Shown: piece after piece, positions 16,625-25,564 of the stretch
How positions within the stretch are numbered: the first letter of the stretch is position 1
Layout: every line of letters begins with the position of its first letter
From: a virus
Taxonomy: Duplodnaviria; Heunggongvirae; Uroviricota; Caudoviricetes
Reading direction: 5' to 3' (one strand)
Virus record (IMG/VR): IMGVR_UViG_2917860307_000003
Span: 1-25,564 of that record
DNA: 25,564 nucleotides
Notes under the pieces: model-generated
The model's input: the letters and a program-made list of their open reading frames with translations, nothing else
Database searches by the model: none
Told to the model about the DNA's origin: nothing
Position numbers and translations under genes: made by a program

Positions 16625-17953
16625 ATGACGTGGAAAGACAGACTTCAGGACGCGTCATTTCGCGGTGTGTCGTTTAAGGTTGAAGAAGAAAGTGCGGGAA
16701 CCGGCCGTCGTGTGGAAACACACGAATACCCGAACCGCGACAAACCCTATACCGAAGACCTGGGAAAAATCACTTTCCGCCCGTCCATCACGGCTTATGT
16801 GGTGGGCGATGACTGCTTTGACCAGCGCGATCGCCTGATTGACGCGCTGAATAAACCCGGTCCCGGCACGCTTGTCCATCCGACATACGGTGAGCTGAAA
16901 GTCTGTGTTGACGGGGAGGTTCGGGTCAGCACATCGAAGAGTGAAGGGCGTATTGTCCGCTTTGACCTGAAGTTTGTCGAAGCGGGAGAACTCTCTTACC
17001 CCACATCAGGTGCGGCGACGGCGCAGACGCTGATGTCATCCTGTTCTGCACTGGATGACTGCATCAGTGACAGTTTCAGTGGTTTCAGTATCGATGGCGT
17101 GGCAGATTTTGTGCAGAACGACGTCGTCGGTAATGCCGGCACAATGCTGGAGTATGTTTCTGATGCGATGAAAGTGGTGGATTCTGCCGTATCGGATGCC
17201 GCCAGGCTGTTGCAGGGGGATATCTCGGTACTTCTGCCGCCGCCATCGTCAGGCAAAAATTTCGTTGAGCAGGTGCAGAAAATGTGGCGTACCGGGAAAC
17301 GTCTTTATGGTAACGCCAGCGACCTGGTCACCATGATCAAAACGCTTTCCGGTGTCAGCCTCGGCAGCGATCTGCAACCGCGCGGCGTCTGGAAAACGGA
17401 CAGTAAAACCACCGCTACGGCGACGCAGCAGCGTAACGTGGTTGCCAGCACCCTTCGTACGACCGCAATCAGCGAAGCGGCGTATGCCGTCACCCGATTG
17501 CCTGCGCCAACAACTTCCGCGGTGATGCAGAATGCCGCAGTGGGGCAGGCAACAACAGCTGCGCAGAGCACCGGCTGGCCTTCCGTCACGCATCCGGCAC
17601 TGAACAATGCACCGGCGGTGAAAAACACGGTTGATCTGCCGACGTGGGAAGAACTGACTGACATTCGCGACACACTGAATACGGCAATTGATAAGGAGTT
17701 GTCCCGTACAACCAGTGATGCGCTGTTTCTGGCGCTGCGCCGGGTGAAAGCAGATCTGAATGCGGATATCAACACGCGCCTTGAACAGTCTGCACGGATC
17801 ATTCAGCGCACGCCGGATGAGGTTTTACCCGCGCTGGTGCTGGCGGCGACCTGGTTTGATAACGCGGCGCGTGACGCGGACATTATCCGGCGTAATGCCA
17901 TTACGCATCCCGGCTTTGTGCCGGTGATCCCTCTGAAGGTGCCAGTGCAATGA
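16625..17953 (+). CDS. DNA circulation protein (Mu gpN/gp43-like)
   Basis: Conserved N-terminal motif WKDRLQDASFRGVSFKV; I prefer ATG 16625 (GGGA upstream) over the track's 16577, which extends into the AT-rich moron promoter region. Confidence 0.75.
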   Translation: MTWKDRLQDASFRGVSFKVEEESAGTGRRVETHEYPNRDKPYTEDLGKITFRPSITAYVVGDDCFDQRDRLIDALNKPGPGTLVHPTYGELKVCVDGEVRVSTSKSEGRIVRFDLKFVEAGELSYPTSGAATAQTLMSSCSALDDCISDSFSGFSIDGVADFVQNDVVGNAGTMLEYVSDAMKVVDSAVSDAARLLQGDISVLLPPPSSGKNFVEQVQKMWRTGKRLYGNASDLVTMIKTLSGVSLGSDLQPRGVWKTDSKTTATATQQRNVVASTLRTTAISEAAYAVTRLPAPTTSAVMQNAAVGQATTAAQSTGWPSVTHPALNNAPAVKNTVDLPTWEELTDIRDTLNTAIDKELSRTTSDALFLALRRVKADLNADINTRLEQSARIIQRTPDEVLPALVLAATWFDNAARDADIIRRNAITHPGFVPVIPLKVPVQ

Positions 17954-19029
17954 ACGATAACGTCACGCTACGGGTAAATGGCCGGGAGTGGAATGGCTGG
18001 ACATCGGTGCGCATCGGTGCCGGTGTTGAACGACTGGCGCGGGATTTCAGTGTGGAGATCACCCGCCAGTGGCCGGGAGATGAGGGTATCACCACGCTTC
18101 AGCCGCGCATTAAAAACGGTTCAAAAGTGGAGGTGCTGATTGGTGATGAGCTGGTGATCACCGGCTGGGTGGAGGCGACGCCCGTTCGTTACGATGCCCG
18201 TTCGGTCAGCACCGGTATTGCCGGACGCAGTCTGACCGCTGACCTGATTGACTGTGCAGCCGAACCGACACAGTTTAACGGACGATCGCTGGTACAGATT
18301 GCGCAGGCGCTTGCTGCGCCTTTCGGCATTGAGGTGGTGAACAGCGGTGCGCCGTCGGGTGTTATTCCTGAAGTCCAGCCTGATCACGGTGAAACGGTGA
18401 TTGAGGTAATCAACAAAATACTCGGTCAGCAGCAGGCGCTGGCTTATGACGACCCGCACGGCAGGCTGGTGATTGGCGGTATTGGCTCAACGCGGGCACA
18501 TACCGCGCTGGTACTTGGGGAAAACATCCTTTCCTGTGATACGGAGAAGAGTATCCGGGAGCGGTTTTCAGTTTACCAGGTGGCGGGGCAGCGTGCCGGA
18601 AACGACGATGATTTCGGTGAGGCCACCACCACCGCGCTGCGGGCCCGCACAGAGGACGCATTTATTGCCCGTTACCGTCCGATGTATATCAGGCAGACAG
18701 GGCAGGCCACGGGGGCAGGCTGTATTGCGCGTGCTGACTTTGAAGCCCGACAACGGGCGGCGCGGACGGATGAAACCACCTATGTGGTGCAGGGCTGGCG
18801 ACAGGGTAACGGTACGCTGTGGCAGCCCAACCAGCGGGTGATTGTCTTCGATCCGGTCTGTGGTTTCGACAATACCGAACTGCTTGTCTCGGAAGTCACG
18901 TTTACTCAGGACCAGAACGGCACCCTGACGGAAATCCGTGTCGGCCCACCTGATGCTTATCTGCCTGAACCCGAAGCCCCCGGCGCGCGGAAAAAGAAAA
19001 AAGCCAGAGTACAGGAGGACCCGTTCTGA
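17950..19029 (+). CDS. Baseplate hub / tail protein (Mu gpP/gp44-like, P2 gpD family)
   Basis: 359-aa ORF with ATGA overlap to the upstream gene; gene order in a Mu-type baseplate cluster. Confidence 0.7.
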   Translation: MNDNVTLRVNGREWNGWTSVRIGAGVERLARDFSVEITRQWPGDEGITTLQPRIKNGSKVEVLIGDELVITGWVEATPVRYDARSVSTGIAGRSLTADLIDCAAEPTQFNGRSLVQIAQALAAPFGIEVVNSGAPSGVIPEVQPDHGETVIEVINKILGQQQALAYDDPHGRLVIGGIGSTRAHTALVLGENILSCDTEKSIRERFSVYQVAGQRAGNDDDFGEATTTALRARTEDAFIARYRPMYIRQTGQATGAGCIARADFEARQRAARTDETTYVVQGWRQGNGTLWQPNQRVIVFDPVCGFDNTELLVSEVTFTQDQNGTLTEIRVGPPDAYLPEPEAPGARKKKKARVQEDPF

Positions 19030-19577
19030 TGAGGACGATTGAAGCCATGCAGCGACAACTCCTCGGCCTGATTGGGCGGGCAGTGGTGAAAAGCATCAGT
19101 GCCGCCACGAAATGTCAGACCGTGGATGTGTCCCTGATTGCCGGTGAACCTAAAGCCGGGGTTGAACATCTTGAACCCTACGGTTTTACCGCAAGGGCAA
19201 ACAGCGGTGCGGAAGCAGTGGTGTTGTTTCCGGATGGTGACCGTTCTCATGCGGTGGTTGTTACGGTGTCGGACCGGCGCTACCGCCTGAAAGGGCTGCA
19301 GACGGGTGAGGTGGCGGTCTATGACGATCAGGGGCAGTCCGTGACGCTGACCCGGGAGGGGATCGTGGTGGACGGTGCAGGTAAAACGATCACGTTTCGC
19401 AATGCACCTGAAGCACGTTTTGAAATGGACCTGGAAGTGACAGGACAGGTGAAAGACCTGTGCGACTCCGGCGGCACCACCATGTCAGCGATGCGGCTTG
19501 CCTATAACGGCCATCGTCACAGAGAGAACGGTCAGGGCAGTAACACCGATAAACCTGATAAAGCGATGGAGGCATGA
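19029..19577 (+). CDS. Baseplate spike/assembly protein (Mu gp45, gpV-like)
   Basis: 182-aa ORF at the conserved position. Confidence 0.65.
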   Translation: MRTIEAMQRQLLGLIGRAVVKSISAATKCQTVDVSLIAGEPKAGVEHLEPYGFTARANSGAEAVVLFPDGDRSHAVVVTVSDRRYRLKGLQTGEVAVYDDQGQSVTLTREGIVVDGAGKTITFRNAPEARFEMDLEVTGQVKDLCDSGGTTMSAMRLAYNGHRHRENGQGSNTDKPDKAMEA

Positions 19578-20002
19578 TGGAACTGTGGCTGACGGTGAAC
19601 GGTAAACGCACCTGCGCCAGCGCACCGCTGGATCCGCTGACCCGCGCCGTGGTGATTTCCCTGTTTACCTGGCGGCGGGCGGAGCCTGATGACAACGCCG
19701 ACGTCCCGATGGGATGGTGGGGGGATTCCTGGCCTGCGGTACAGAATGACCGTTACGGCTCCCGACTGTGGCTGCTTCAGCGCAGCAAACTGACCAATCA
19801 GCTGGTGCAGACGGTAAGGGGATATATCCGCGAATGCCTGCAATGGATGATTGATGACGGCGTGGTGTCCCGTATTGATCTGGATATCCGCCGCACCGGG
19901 ATTAATGAGCTGGGTAACAGTATCACCCTCTGGCGTCGTGACGGACCGGTAATGATTTCTTTTGATGATCTGTGGAGTGCGATAACGCATGGCGGACAGT
20001 GA
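19574..20002 (+). CDS. Baseplate protein, Mu gp46 family
   Basis: 142-aa ORF overlapping its neighbours; conserved position. Confidence 0.65.
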   Translation: MMELWLTVNGKRTCASAPLDPLTRAVVISLFTWRRAEPDDNADVPMGWWGDSWPAVQNDRYGSRLWLLQRSKLTNQLVQTVRGYIRECLQWMIDDGVVSRIDLDIRRTGINELGNSITLWRRDGPVMISFDDLWSAITHGGQ

Positions 20003-21047
20003 ATTTCAGCGCCCGACGCTGGCAGAAAATATCAGTATGCTCCGTAACGATTTATTCGCCAGGCTGGACGTCAGCGACACGCTCCGGCGCATGGATGAAG
20101 ACGTGCGGGCAAAGGTGTATGCGGCGGCGCTGCATACGGTTTACGGGTACATCGATTATCTGGCAATGAACATGCTGCCTGACCTGTGCGATGAGTTCTG
20201 GCTGGCGCGACATGCTGCGATGAAACGGTGTCCGCGCAAGGGTGCCACAGCTGCCAGCGGGTATATGCGCTGGGAAGGCGTCAGCGATGGCCTGAAGGTG
20301 ACCGCCGGGAGTGTTATTCAGCGCGATGACCTGGTTCAGTACACGGCAACTGCCGATGCAACCAGCTCCGGTGGTGTCCTGCGCGTGCCGATCGCCTGCT
20401 CAAGTGCAGGCGCGGTCGGTAACGCTGACGACGGTACGTCATTAATCCTGGTCACGCCGGTGAATGGTCTGCCGTCTTCCGGCGTGGCAGATACCCTGAC
20501 AGGTGGATTTGATACTGAAGAGCTGGAAACGTGGCGCGCCCGCGTCATTGAGCGGTATTACTGGACACCTCAGGGCGGGGCTGACGGGGACTATGTCGTC
20601 TGGGCTAAAGAAGTGCCCGGCATTACCCGCGCATGGACATACCGTCACTGGATGGGAACGGGAACTGTCGGTGTGATGATTGCCAGCAGTGACCTGATTA
20701 ATCCCATTCCGGAAGAATCAACGGAAACGGCAGCAAGACAACATATCGGGCCACTGGCCCCGGTGGCAGGCTCTGATTTGTATGTATTCAGGCCGGTGGC
20801 ACATACGGTGGATTTTCATATCCGCGTGACGCCGGACACACCAGAAATACGAGCCGCCATTACTGCGGAGTTGCGTTCGTTCCTGCTGCGTGATGGTTAT
20901 CCGCAGGGAGAACTGAAGGTGTCGCGTATCAGTGAAGCGATTTCCGGTGCGAACGGGGAATACAGCCATCAGTTGCTTGCACCGGCGGACAATATCTCCA
21001 TTGCAAAAAATGAACTGGCGGTTCTGGGGACGATTTCATGGACGTGA
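19989..21047 (+). CDS. Baseplate J-like protein (Mu gp47)
   Basis: 352-aa ORF at the conserved position. Confidence 0.7.
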   Translation: MADSEFQRPTLAENISMLRNDLFARLDVSDTLRRMDEDVRAKVYAAALHTVYGYIDYLAMNMLPDLCDEFWLARHAAMKRCPRKGATAASGYMRWEGVSDGLKVTAGSVIQRDDLVQYTATADATSSGGVLRVPIACSSAGAVGNADDGTSLILVTPVNGLPSSGVADTLTGGFDTEELETWRARVIERYYWTPQGGADGDYVVWAKEVPGITRAWTYRHWMGTGTVGVMIASSDLINPIPEESTETAARQHIGPLAPVAGSDLYVFRPVAHTVDFHIRVTPDTPEIRAAITAELRSFLLRDGYPQGELKVSRISEAISGANGEYSHQLLAPADNISIAKNELAVLGTISWT

Positions 21048-21622
21048 CAAACGATGATTACATCCGTCTGTTGTCGGCACTGTTGCCCCCCGGTCCGGTG
21101 TGGTCAGCCAACGATCCGGCGATTGCCGGTGCGGCACCGTCATTAACCCGCGTTCATCAGCGTGCGGATGCCCTGATGCGGGAGCTGGACCCGCGCACTA
21201 CCACTGAACTGATAAACCGCTGGGAGCGTCTGTGCGGTCTGCCGGATGAATGTATTCCCGCAGGGACACAGACCCTTCGCCAGCGTCAGCAACGGCTGGA
21301 TGCGAAGGTTAACCTGGCAGGCGGCATCAATGAGGATTTTTACCTTGCACAGCTTGCTGCCCTGGGCAGACCAGACGCCACCATCACGCGATACGATAAA
21401 AGCACCTTCACATGCTCATCGGCCTGCACTGACGCGGTGAATGCGCCGGAATGGCGGTATTACTGGCAGGTCAACATGCCAGCCGCCACCAACACCACCT
21501 GGATGACATGTGGCGATCCCTGTGATTCCGCACTGCGTATCTGGGGCGACACCGTTGTCGAGTGTGTGCTTAACAAACTCTGCCCGTCGCATACCTACGT
21601 AATTTTTAAATATCCGGAGTAA
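21038..21622 (+). CDS. Tail protein, Mu gp48 / YmfQ-like
   Basis: 194-aa ORF between baseplate J and the tail fibre, as in e14 and Mu-like tails. Confidence 0.6.
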   Translation: MDVTNDDYIRLLSALLPPGPVWSANDPAIAGAAPSLTRVHQRADALMRELDPRTTTELINRWERLCGLPDECIPAGTQTLRQRQQRLDAKVNLAGGINEDFYLAQLAALGRPDATITRYDKSTFTCSSACTDAVNAPEWRYYWQVNMPAATNTTWMTCGDPCDSALRIWGDTVVECVLNKLCPSHTYVIFKYPE

Positions 21623-21625
21623 TCC

Positions 21626-22396
21626 ATGCATCGTATAGACACGAAAACCGCGCAGAAGGATAAGTTCGGCGCGGGTAAGAACGGTTTTACCCGTGGTAAC
21701 CCCCAGACCGGCACGCCTGCCACCGATCTGGATGATGACTACTTTGACATGTTGCAGGAGGAGCTTTGCAGCGTGGTGGAGGCATCCGGTGCCAGCCTGG
21801 AGAAGGGGCGAAACGACCAGTTGCTTACCGCGCTTCGTGCGTTGCTGTTAAGCCGCAAGAATCCGTTTGGCGATATCAAATCGGATGGCACTGTGCAAAC
21901 GGCTCTCGAAAACCTTGGTTTGGGAGAAGGTTCGGCATTACCCGTTGGTGTGCCTGTTCCGTGGCCTTCCGCCACTCCGCCAACAGGCTGGCTGAAATGT
22001 AATGGTGCTACCTTTGATAAGGTGAAATATCCCAACCTTGCCAAAGCATACCCTTCAGGGAAACTGCCTGATTTACGTGGTGAGTTTATTCGTGGCTGGG
22101 ATGACGGACGTGGCATTGATGCAGGACGTGCTTTATTGAGCATTCAGGCTGGGATGCTGGAGAAGCACCGCCATATTGTTGTTGCCAACGATGGCTATGA
22201 TTCAGGTGAAGAATGGGAGCTGGCTACAATTTTTCAGAACACATACACACAAGGTCGGGGGCTTGACGCCGTTTTTACAGGGGGAACCCTTATTCCGGCT
22301 CCGAGGTTGCATTCACGAGGAAGTATTGGTAACACGGGCGGGAACGAAACACGACCGCGCAATATTGCATTTAACTTTATTGTGAGGGCTGCATAA
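21626..22396 (+). CDS. Tail fibre protein in current orientation: constant N-terminus fused to variable C-terminus Sv
   Basis: 256-aa ORF; a recombination site lies inside it at 21905-21930, so the first ~100 aa are constant and the rest is on the invertible segment. Confidence 0.75.
   Translation: MHRIDTKTAQKDKFGAGKNGFTRGNPQTGTPATDLDDDYFDMLQEELCSVVEASGASLEKGRNDQLLTALRALLLSRKNPFGDIKSDGTVQTALENLGLGEGSALPVGVPVPWPSATPPTGWLKCNGATFDKVKYPNLAKAYPSGKLPDLRGEFIRGWDDGRGIDAGRALLSIQAGMLEKHRHIVVANDGYDSGEEWELATIFQNTYTQGRGLDAVFTGGTLIPAPRLHSRGSIGNTGGNETRPRNIAFNFIVRAA
21905..21930. repeat. Left inversion crossover site (pix/gix-like) inside the tail fibre gene
   Basis: CTCGAAAACCTTGGTTTGGGAGAAGG; its reverse complement shares 15 contiguous identical bases (CTTCTCCCAAACCAA) with the site at 23751-23777. 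Confidence 0.75.
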
Positions 22397-22998
22397 TGAA
22401 TCACGCGGTATTAAATAACGAACTTATTGCCGTGCAGGAAGGAAACATTATCGTTTACAACTATGACAGTGAGACGCGGGAATATATTTCTGCATCAACT
22501 GAATATCTTGCTGTGGGTGTCGGTATTCCGGCATATTCCTGTTTAGACGCTCCAGGTACACATAAGGCTGGTTATACAATTTGCCGTTCTGTGGATTTAA
22601 AATCATGGGAATATGTGTCAGACCATCGTGGTGAAATTGTCTATAGCACCGAAACAGGGGAATCAAAAGAAATCAAAACTCCGGGTGATTACCCTGAAAA
22701 TACAACCACTATCGCCCCGTCAACGCCATACGATAAATGGGATGGTGAGAAATGGGTGACAGATACTGAGGAGCTACATCACGTCGCAGTAGAAACGGCA
22801 GAAACACAGCGTCAGTCAATGATTGAAACTGCAATGGCTTCCATTAGTCTGATTCAACTGAAATTGCAGGCCGGGCGGAAGCTGATGCAGGCAGAGACCA
22901 CCCGACTTAACACTGTGCTGGATTACATTGACGCGGTGACGGCAACAGATACCAGCACAGCGCCGGATGTTATCTGGCCTGAACTGCCGGAGGCGTAG
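22396..22998 (+). CDS. Tail fibre assembly protein (Tfa/U, expressed orientation)
   Basis: 200-aa ORF overlapping the fibre stop; C-terminus (…TSTAPDVIWPELPEA) matches the C-terminus of the convergent paralogue. Confidence 0.75.
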   Translation: MNHAVLNNELIAVQEGNIIVYNYDSETREYISASTEYLAVGVGIPAYSCLDAPGTHKAGYTICRSVDLKSWEYVSDHRGEIVYSTETGESKEIKTPGDYPENTTTIAPSTPYDKWDGEKWVTDTEELHHVAVETAETQRQSMIETAMASISLIQLKLQAGRKLMQAETTRLNTVLDYIDAVTATDTSTAPDVIWPELPEA

Positions 22999-23410
22999 GC
23001 CATTCAATATCTGGAGCACTGGAAATATCGACCACTTCCAGTGCGTCCAGATAATCCAGCCACAAATTATATTGCGCCAGTTCCTCACCTTTCAGACGAC
23101 CAATAGCTGCTTTACCAGGCCATTGCCTGCTGTTCATGTGTTCGTTGGCAGTATCTATGCGCTTCTGACGCTCGTATTCTGCCATTTTTATCAGTTCTTC
23201 AGGTTCCAGTGGCGGAATATTACCCCATACGGGATAACCATCATCATCCGCAATCCTCATTTTTCCCTCTGGTGGCTTCTGAAATGCAGAAAAAGTTTCT
23301 TCATCAACCTCCACGCCTTTTTCTGGCCATAACCCCACGGATTCATAATGTAATTTCAAAGCCAACGGATAGAAGGCGTTAGTTTTTGCATCATAAATAT
23401 ATTTGTTCAT
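22970..23410 (-). CDS. Alternative tail fibre assembly protein (Tfa'/U', silent orientation)
   Basis: 146-aa ORF convergent with tfa; shares the C-terminal motif (…SSAPDIEWPTPPA). Confidence 0.7.
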   Translation of the reverse strand: MNKYIYDAKTNAFYPLALKLHYESVGLWPEKGVEVDEETFSAFQKPPEGKMRIADDDGYPVWGNIPPLEPEELIKMAEYERQKRIDTANEHMNSRQWPGKAAIGRLKGEELAQYNLWLDYLDALEVVDISSAPDIEWPTPPAVQAR

Positions 23411-23412
23411 TT

Positions 23413-23777
23413 TTATTTCCCTATTGCAATCCAGTTAGCGCCAGCACCCGTTCCGCCAGTACGAGAACTCATTAAATAAAATGCAAGTAGTCCGCCTCCT
23501 GCCGGAGTTGTCGCAAAGGCAGGGCAATCTGTCGCACCGTTAACTGCACTGTCAAAAGACGTGGCAATACGATAACCAGATGTAAAAGGAATCGGGAAGT
23601 TTACAGTTGTTGGATAGCCGATTGGCCCTGCAATACTGACGCCAAACTGTATGATTGTACCATCCGGAAATTTCATCCAGCCTGGCCCCGACGTGAAGCT
23701 AGCCATATCCGGGATCTGATTTACCCCGGTTCCAACCTCCCGTTTTGCCGCTTCTCCCAAACCAACGTTTATGAAAA
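23413..23777 (-). CDS. Alternative tail fibre C-terminal cassette (Sv'), without its own start; fused to the constant N-terminus after inversion
   Basis: Minus-strand frame reads through the right recombination site encoding …GLGE…, in register with the same GLGE encoded at the left site in the fibre gene. Confidence 0.65.
23751..23777. repeat. Right inversion crossover site (pix/gix-like)
   Basis: CTTCTCCCAAACCAACGTTTATGAAAA, inverted relative to the site at 21905-21930. Confidence 0.75.
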
Positions 23778-23831
23778 TACAGAAATAACGAGCAAATGGC
23801 ATCATTCCTGCTTTTGTCAGGGAGATCTACC

Positions 23832-24386
23832 ATGCTTATTGGCTATGTACGTGTGTCAACAAATGACCAGAACACAGATCTACAACGTAATGCGCTGAAC
23901 TGTGCAGGATGCGAGCTGATTTTTGAAGACAAGATAAGCGGTACAAAGTCCGAAAGGCCGGGACTGAAAAAACTGCTCAGGACATTATCGGCAGGTGACA
24001 CTCTGGTTGTCTGGAAGCTGGATCGGCTGGGGCGTAGTATGCGGCATCTGGTCATTCTGGTTGAGGAGTTGCGCGAACGTGGCGTTAATTTTCGCAGCCT
24101 GACGGATGCTATTGATACCAGCACACCGATGGGGCGTTTTTTCTTTCATGTGATGGGTGCCCTGGCTGAAATGGAACGAGAACTGATTGTTGAACGAACA
24201 AAAGCTGGACTGGAAGCTGCTCGCGCACAGGGACGAATTGGGGGACGTCGTCCCAAACTTACACCAGAACAATGGGCGCAGGCCGGGCGATTAATTGCAT
24301 CAGGCGTTCCTCGCCAGAAGGTGGCGATCATCTATGATGTTGGTATATCGACACTGTATAAGAAGTTTCCGGTCGGAGATAAATGA
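23832..24386 (+). CDS. pin: Serine DNA invertase (Pin/Gin/Hin family)
   Basis: 184-aa ORF from ATG 23832; N-terminus MLIGYVRVSTNDQNTDLQRNAL with catalytic-serine context and C-terminal HTH; close to E. coli e14 Pin as I recall it. Confidence 0.9.
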   Translation: MLIGYVRVSTNDQNTDLQRNALNCAGCELIFEDKISGTKSERPGLKKLLRTLSAGDTLVVWKLDRLGRSMRHLVILVEELRERGVNFRSLTDAIDTSTPMGRFFFHVMGALAEMERELIVERTKAGLEAARAQGRIGGRRPKLTPEQWAQAGRLIASGVPRQKVAIIYDVGISTLYKKFPVGDK

Positions 24387-24676
24387 AACCGTAGCATGTC
24401 GTATGCAAGATCGTGCGCGGTTGGCTGGTGAACTTCCGATATTGCAAGTATTGAATTATTTCCAGCCGTTATCGATTTTACGTATTTTTTTGTATGAGAG
24501 GATTTGCACCTCCTCCCACCGACCATCTATGACTGTACGCCACTATCTTTAGGACTGCTATGTGCCAGAGGAAGACGTTTATTTTTACATTGGAAAAACG
24601 CTTGGATCGGTGAACATAAAGACGAGTTTTCCAGATAGAACGCCTGGTCAGTACTGGCAGACCAGACTGAATTTTA

Positions 24677-25564
24677 TCAGGAAAATTTACGGGAGCCTAT
24701 GACGCAGAGGATGACACCGAATGTAATCAGTATCATCAGCGGACTAATGGCTTCATGCAGCAGTGTGGCTGACAGACCCAATCCAAAGAAAGGCTGTAAT
24801 AGCTGTAGCTGACCGACAGCTGCAATCCCGCCAGTAGCCAGTCCCTTATACCAGAATATAAAGCCAATCAGCATGCTGAATAGCGAGACGTAGGCCAGAG
24901 CGAACCAGGCCGATGTAGAAATCCCGCCAAAAGTATCGGGTATTGTCATCAATGAGGCCAACACCATAAAAGGCAGGGAAATAATCAGTGCCCAGCTAAT
25001 GACTTGCCATCCCCCAAGCACTCGGGTCAGTTTTGCGCCTTCTGCATACCCAAGTCCACAAATAACCACAGCGGCAAGCATAAGAAGATCGCCTGTCAGG
25101 GAGACTGTATCACTTTGCATGAAGGCAAACCCTATCACCAGTAGGCTACCCAGAACAGAAAAAATCCAGAACGCTATTGTTGGTCGTTCACCACCTCGTA
25201 GTACCCCAAAAATCGCTGTACTAAGCGGCAGTAGCCCTAAATAAACGATCGAGTGGGCCGCATCAATATGCTTTAGCGCCATCGCTGTAAGTAAGGGAAA
25301 GCCAACAATGACGCCCACAGACACAATAATTAGCGGTGCGAACTGAGCGGCTTGTGGGCGTTTTTCACGAAAGTAATAAACAAGAATCACCGCCAGCGTA
25401 CCGGCAATGGATGCCCGGAGGAAAGTCAGAAAAAACGGATCCATATCAAGCACGGCAACACGTGTGGCCGGTAGGGAACCACTAAAAATGATGACGCCCA
25501 ACAGACCGTTGACCCAACCAGATACTGAACTTGCCGCCATTTTATCTGCCACTGAATTCTCCAT
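24677..25564 (-). CDS. EamA/DMT-family membrane transporter (probably host-encoded); start codon at the window edge
   Basis: 295-aa polytopic membrane protein with about 10 hydrophobic segments; the ATG is the last three bases of the window; convergent with the prophage. Confidence 0.6.
   Translation of the reverse strand: MENSVADKMAASSVSGWVNGLLGVIIFSGSLPATRVAVLDMDPFFLTFLRASIAGTLAVILVYYFREKRPQAAQFAPLIIVSVGVIVGFPLLTAMALKHIDAAHSIVYLGLLPLSTAIFGVLRGGERPTIAFWIFSVLGSLLVIGFAFMQSDTVSLTGDLLMLAAVVICGLGYAEGAKLTRVLGGWQVISWALIISLPFMVLASLMTIPDTFGGISTSAWFALAYVSLFSMLIGFIFWYKGLATGGIAAVGQLQLLQPFFGLGLSATLLHEAISPLMILITFGVILCVIGSRKFS

Larger units (their letters stand above)
21905..23777. other. Invertible tail-fibre segment (about 1.87 kb) carrying Sv-tfa and the inverted alternative tfa'-Sv'
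   Basis: Bounded by inverted recombination sites; holds two convergent tail-fibre-assembly genes and two alternative fibre C-termini; invertase gene immediately adjacent. Confidence 0.75.
1..24676 (+). mobile_element. Prophage late region (lysis, packaging, HK97-like head, Mu-like tail, invertible tail-fibre segment, invertase); left end lies outside the window, right end probably within 24387-24676
   Basis: Contiguous co-oriented phage morphogenesis genes with overlapping start/stop codons, followed by a convergent non-phage-like transporter gene. Confidence 0.8.

Noticed and set aside
17305-17802. 165-aa minus-strand ORF antisense to the DNA circulation gene
   Set aside because: Antisense artefact; low-complexity Ser/Arg/Ala-rich translation
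18960-19000. A-rich run (GGAAAAAGAAAAAAGCC) near the end of the baseplate hub gene as a possible slippage site
   Set aside because: It encodes an in-frame Lys-rich C-terminus (ARKKKKARVQEDPF) and the gene ends normally with an ATGA overlap; no alternative frame continues
19532-19990. 152-aa minus-strand ORF antisense to the gp46-like baseplate gene
   Set aside because: Antisense to a tightly coupled baseplate gene; no independent signals
24295-24552. 85-aa plus-strand ORF overlapping the 3' end of the invertase gene
   Set aside because: Out-of-frame overlap with a highly conserved invertase and a run into featureless intergenic sequence; no start context
1-25564. Scan for CRISPR arrays, tRNA/rRNA genes, insertion sequences and long tandem repeats
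   Set aside because: No regularly spaced direct repeats, cloverleaf-like segments or transposase-like ORFs found by eye; the only organised repeats are the short inverted recombination sites and the hairpins listed

Overview
The window is almost entirely the late region of a temperate enterobacterial prophage with a mosaic build, ending at a probable prophage-host junction. In order: a beta-class N6-adenine DNA methyltransferase; a lambda-like lysis cassette (S-like holin, R-type endolysin, Rz with embedded Rz1); an AT-rich accessory insert (unknown 124-aa protein plus a KilA-N domain protein); an HNH endonuclease with P27-type small and large terminase; an HK97-like head module; a Mu-like contractile tail module; a tail fibre whose C-terminus sits on an e14/Mu-type invertible segment driven by a Pin-like serine invertase; and a convergent EamA/DMT transporter at the right edge. 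I did not find a CRISPR array, tRNA, rRNA or insertion sequence. The observations most worth follow-up are: (1) the small terminase is split over two frames exactly at an A-AAA-AAG slippery site with an upstream GGAG and a downstream 9-bp stem-loop; (2) an opposite-strand, AT-rich moron inside the tail operon encoding a membrane-anchored OB-fold-like protein with its own terminator; (3) the two-gene accessory cassette between lysis and packaging genes; (4) an AT-rich island carrying a 42-aa hydrophobic minus-strand ORF; (5) an apparent frameshift in the holin. All protein identifications are from my reading of the translated ORFs and recalled family signatures, not from a database search; I cannot name a defined novel system with confidence, only candidate loci.
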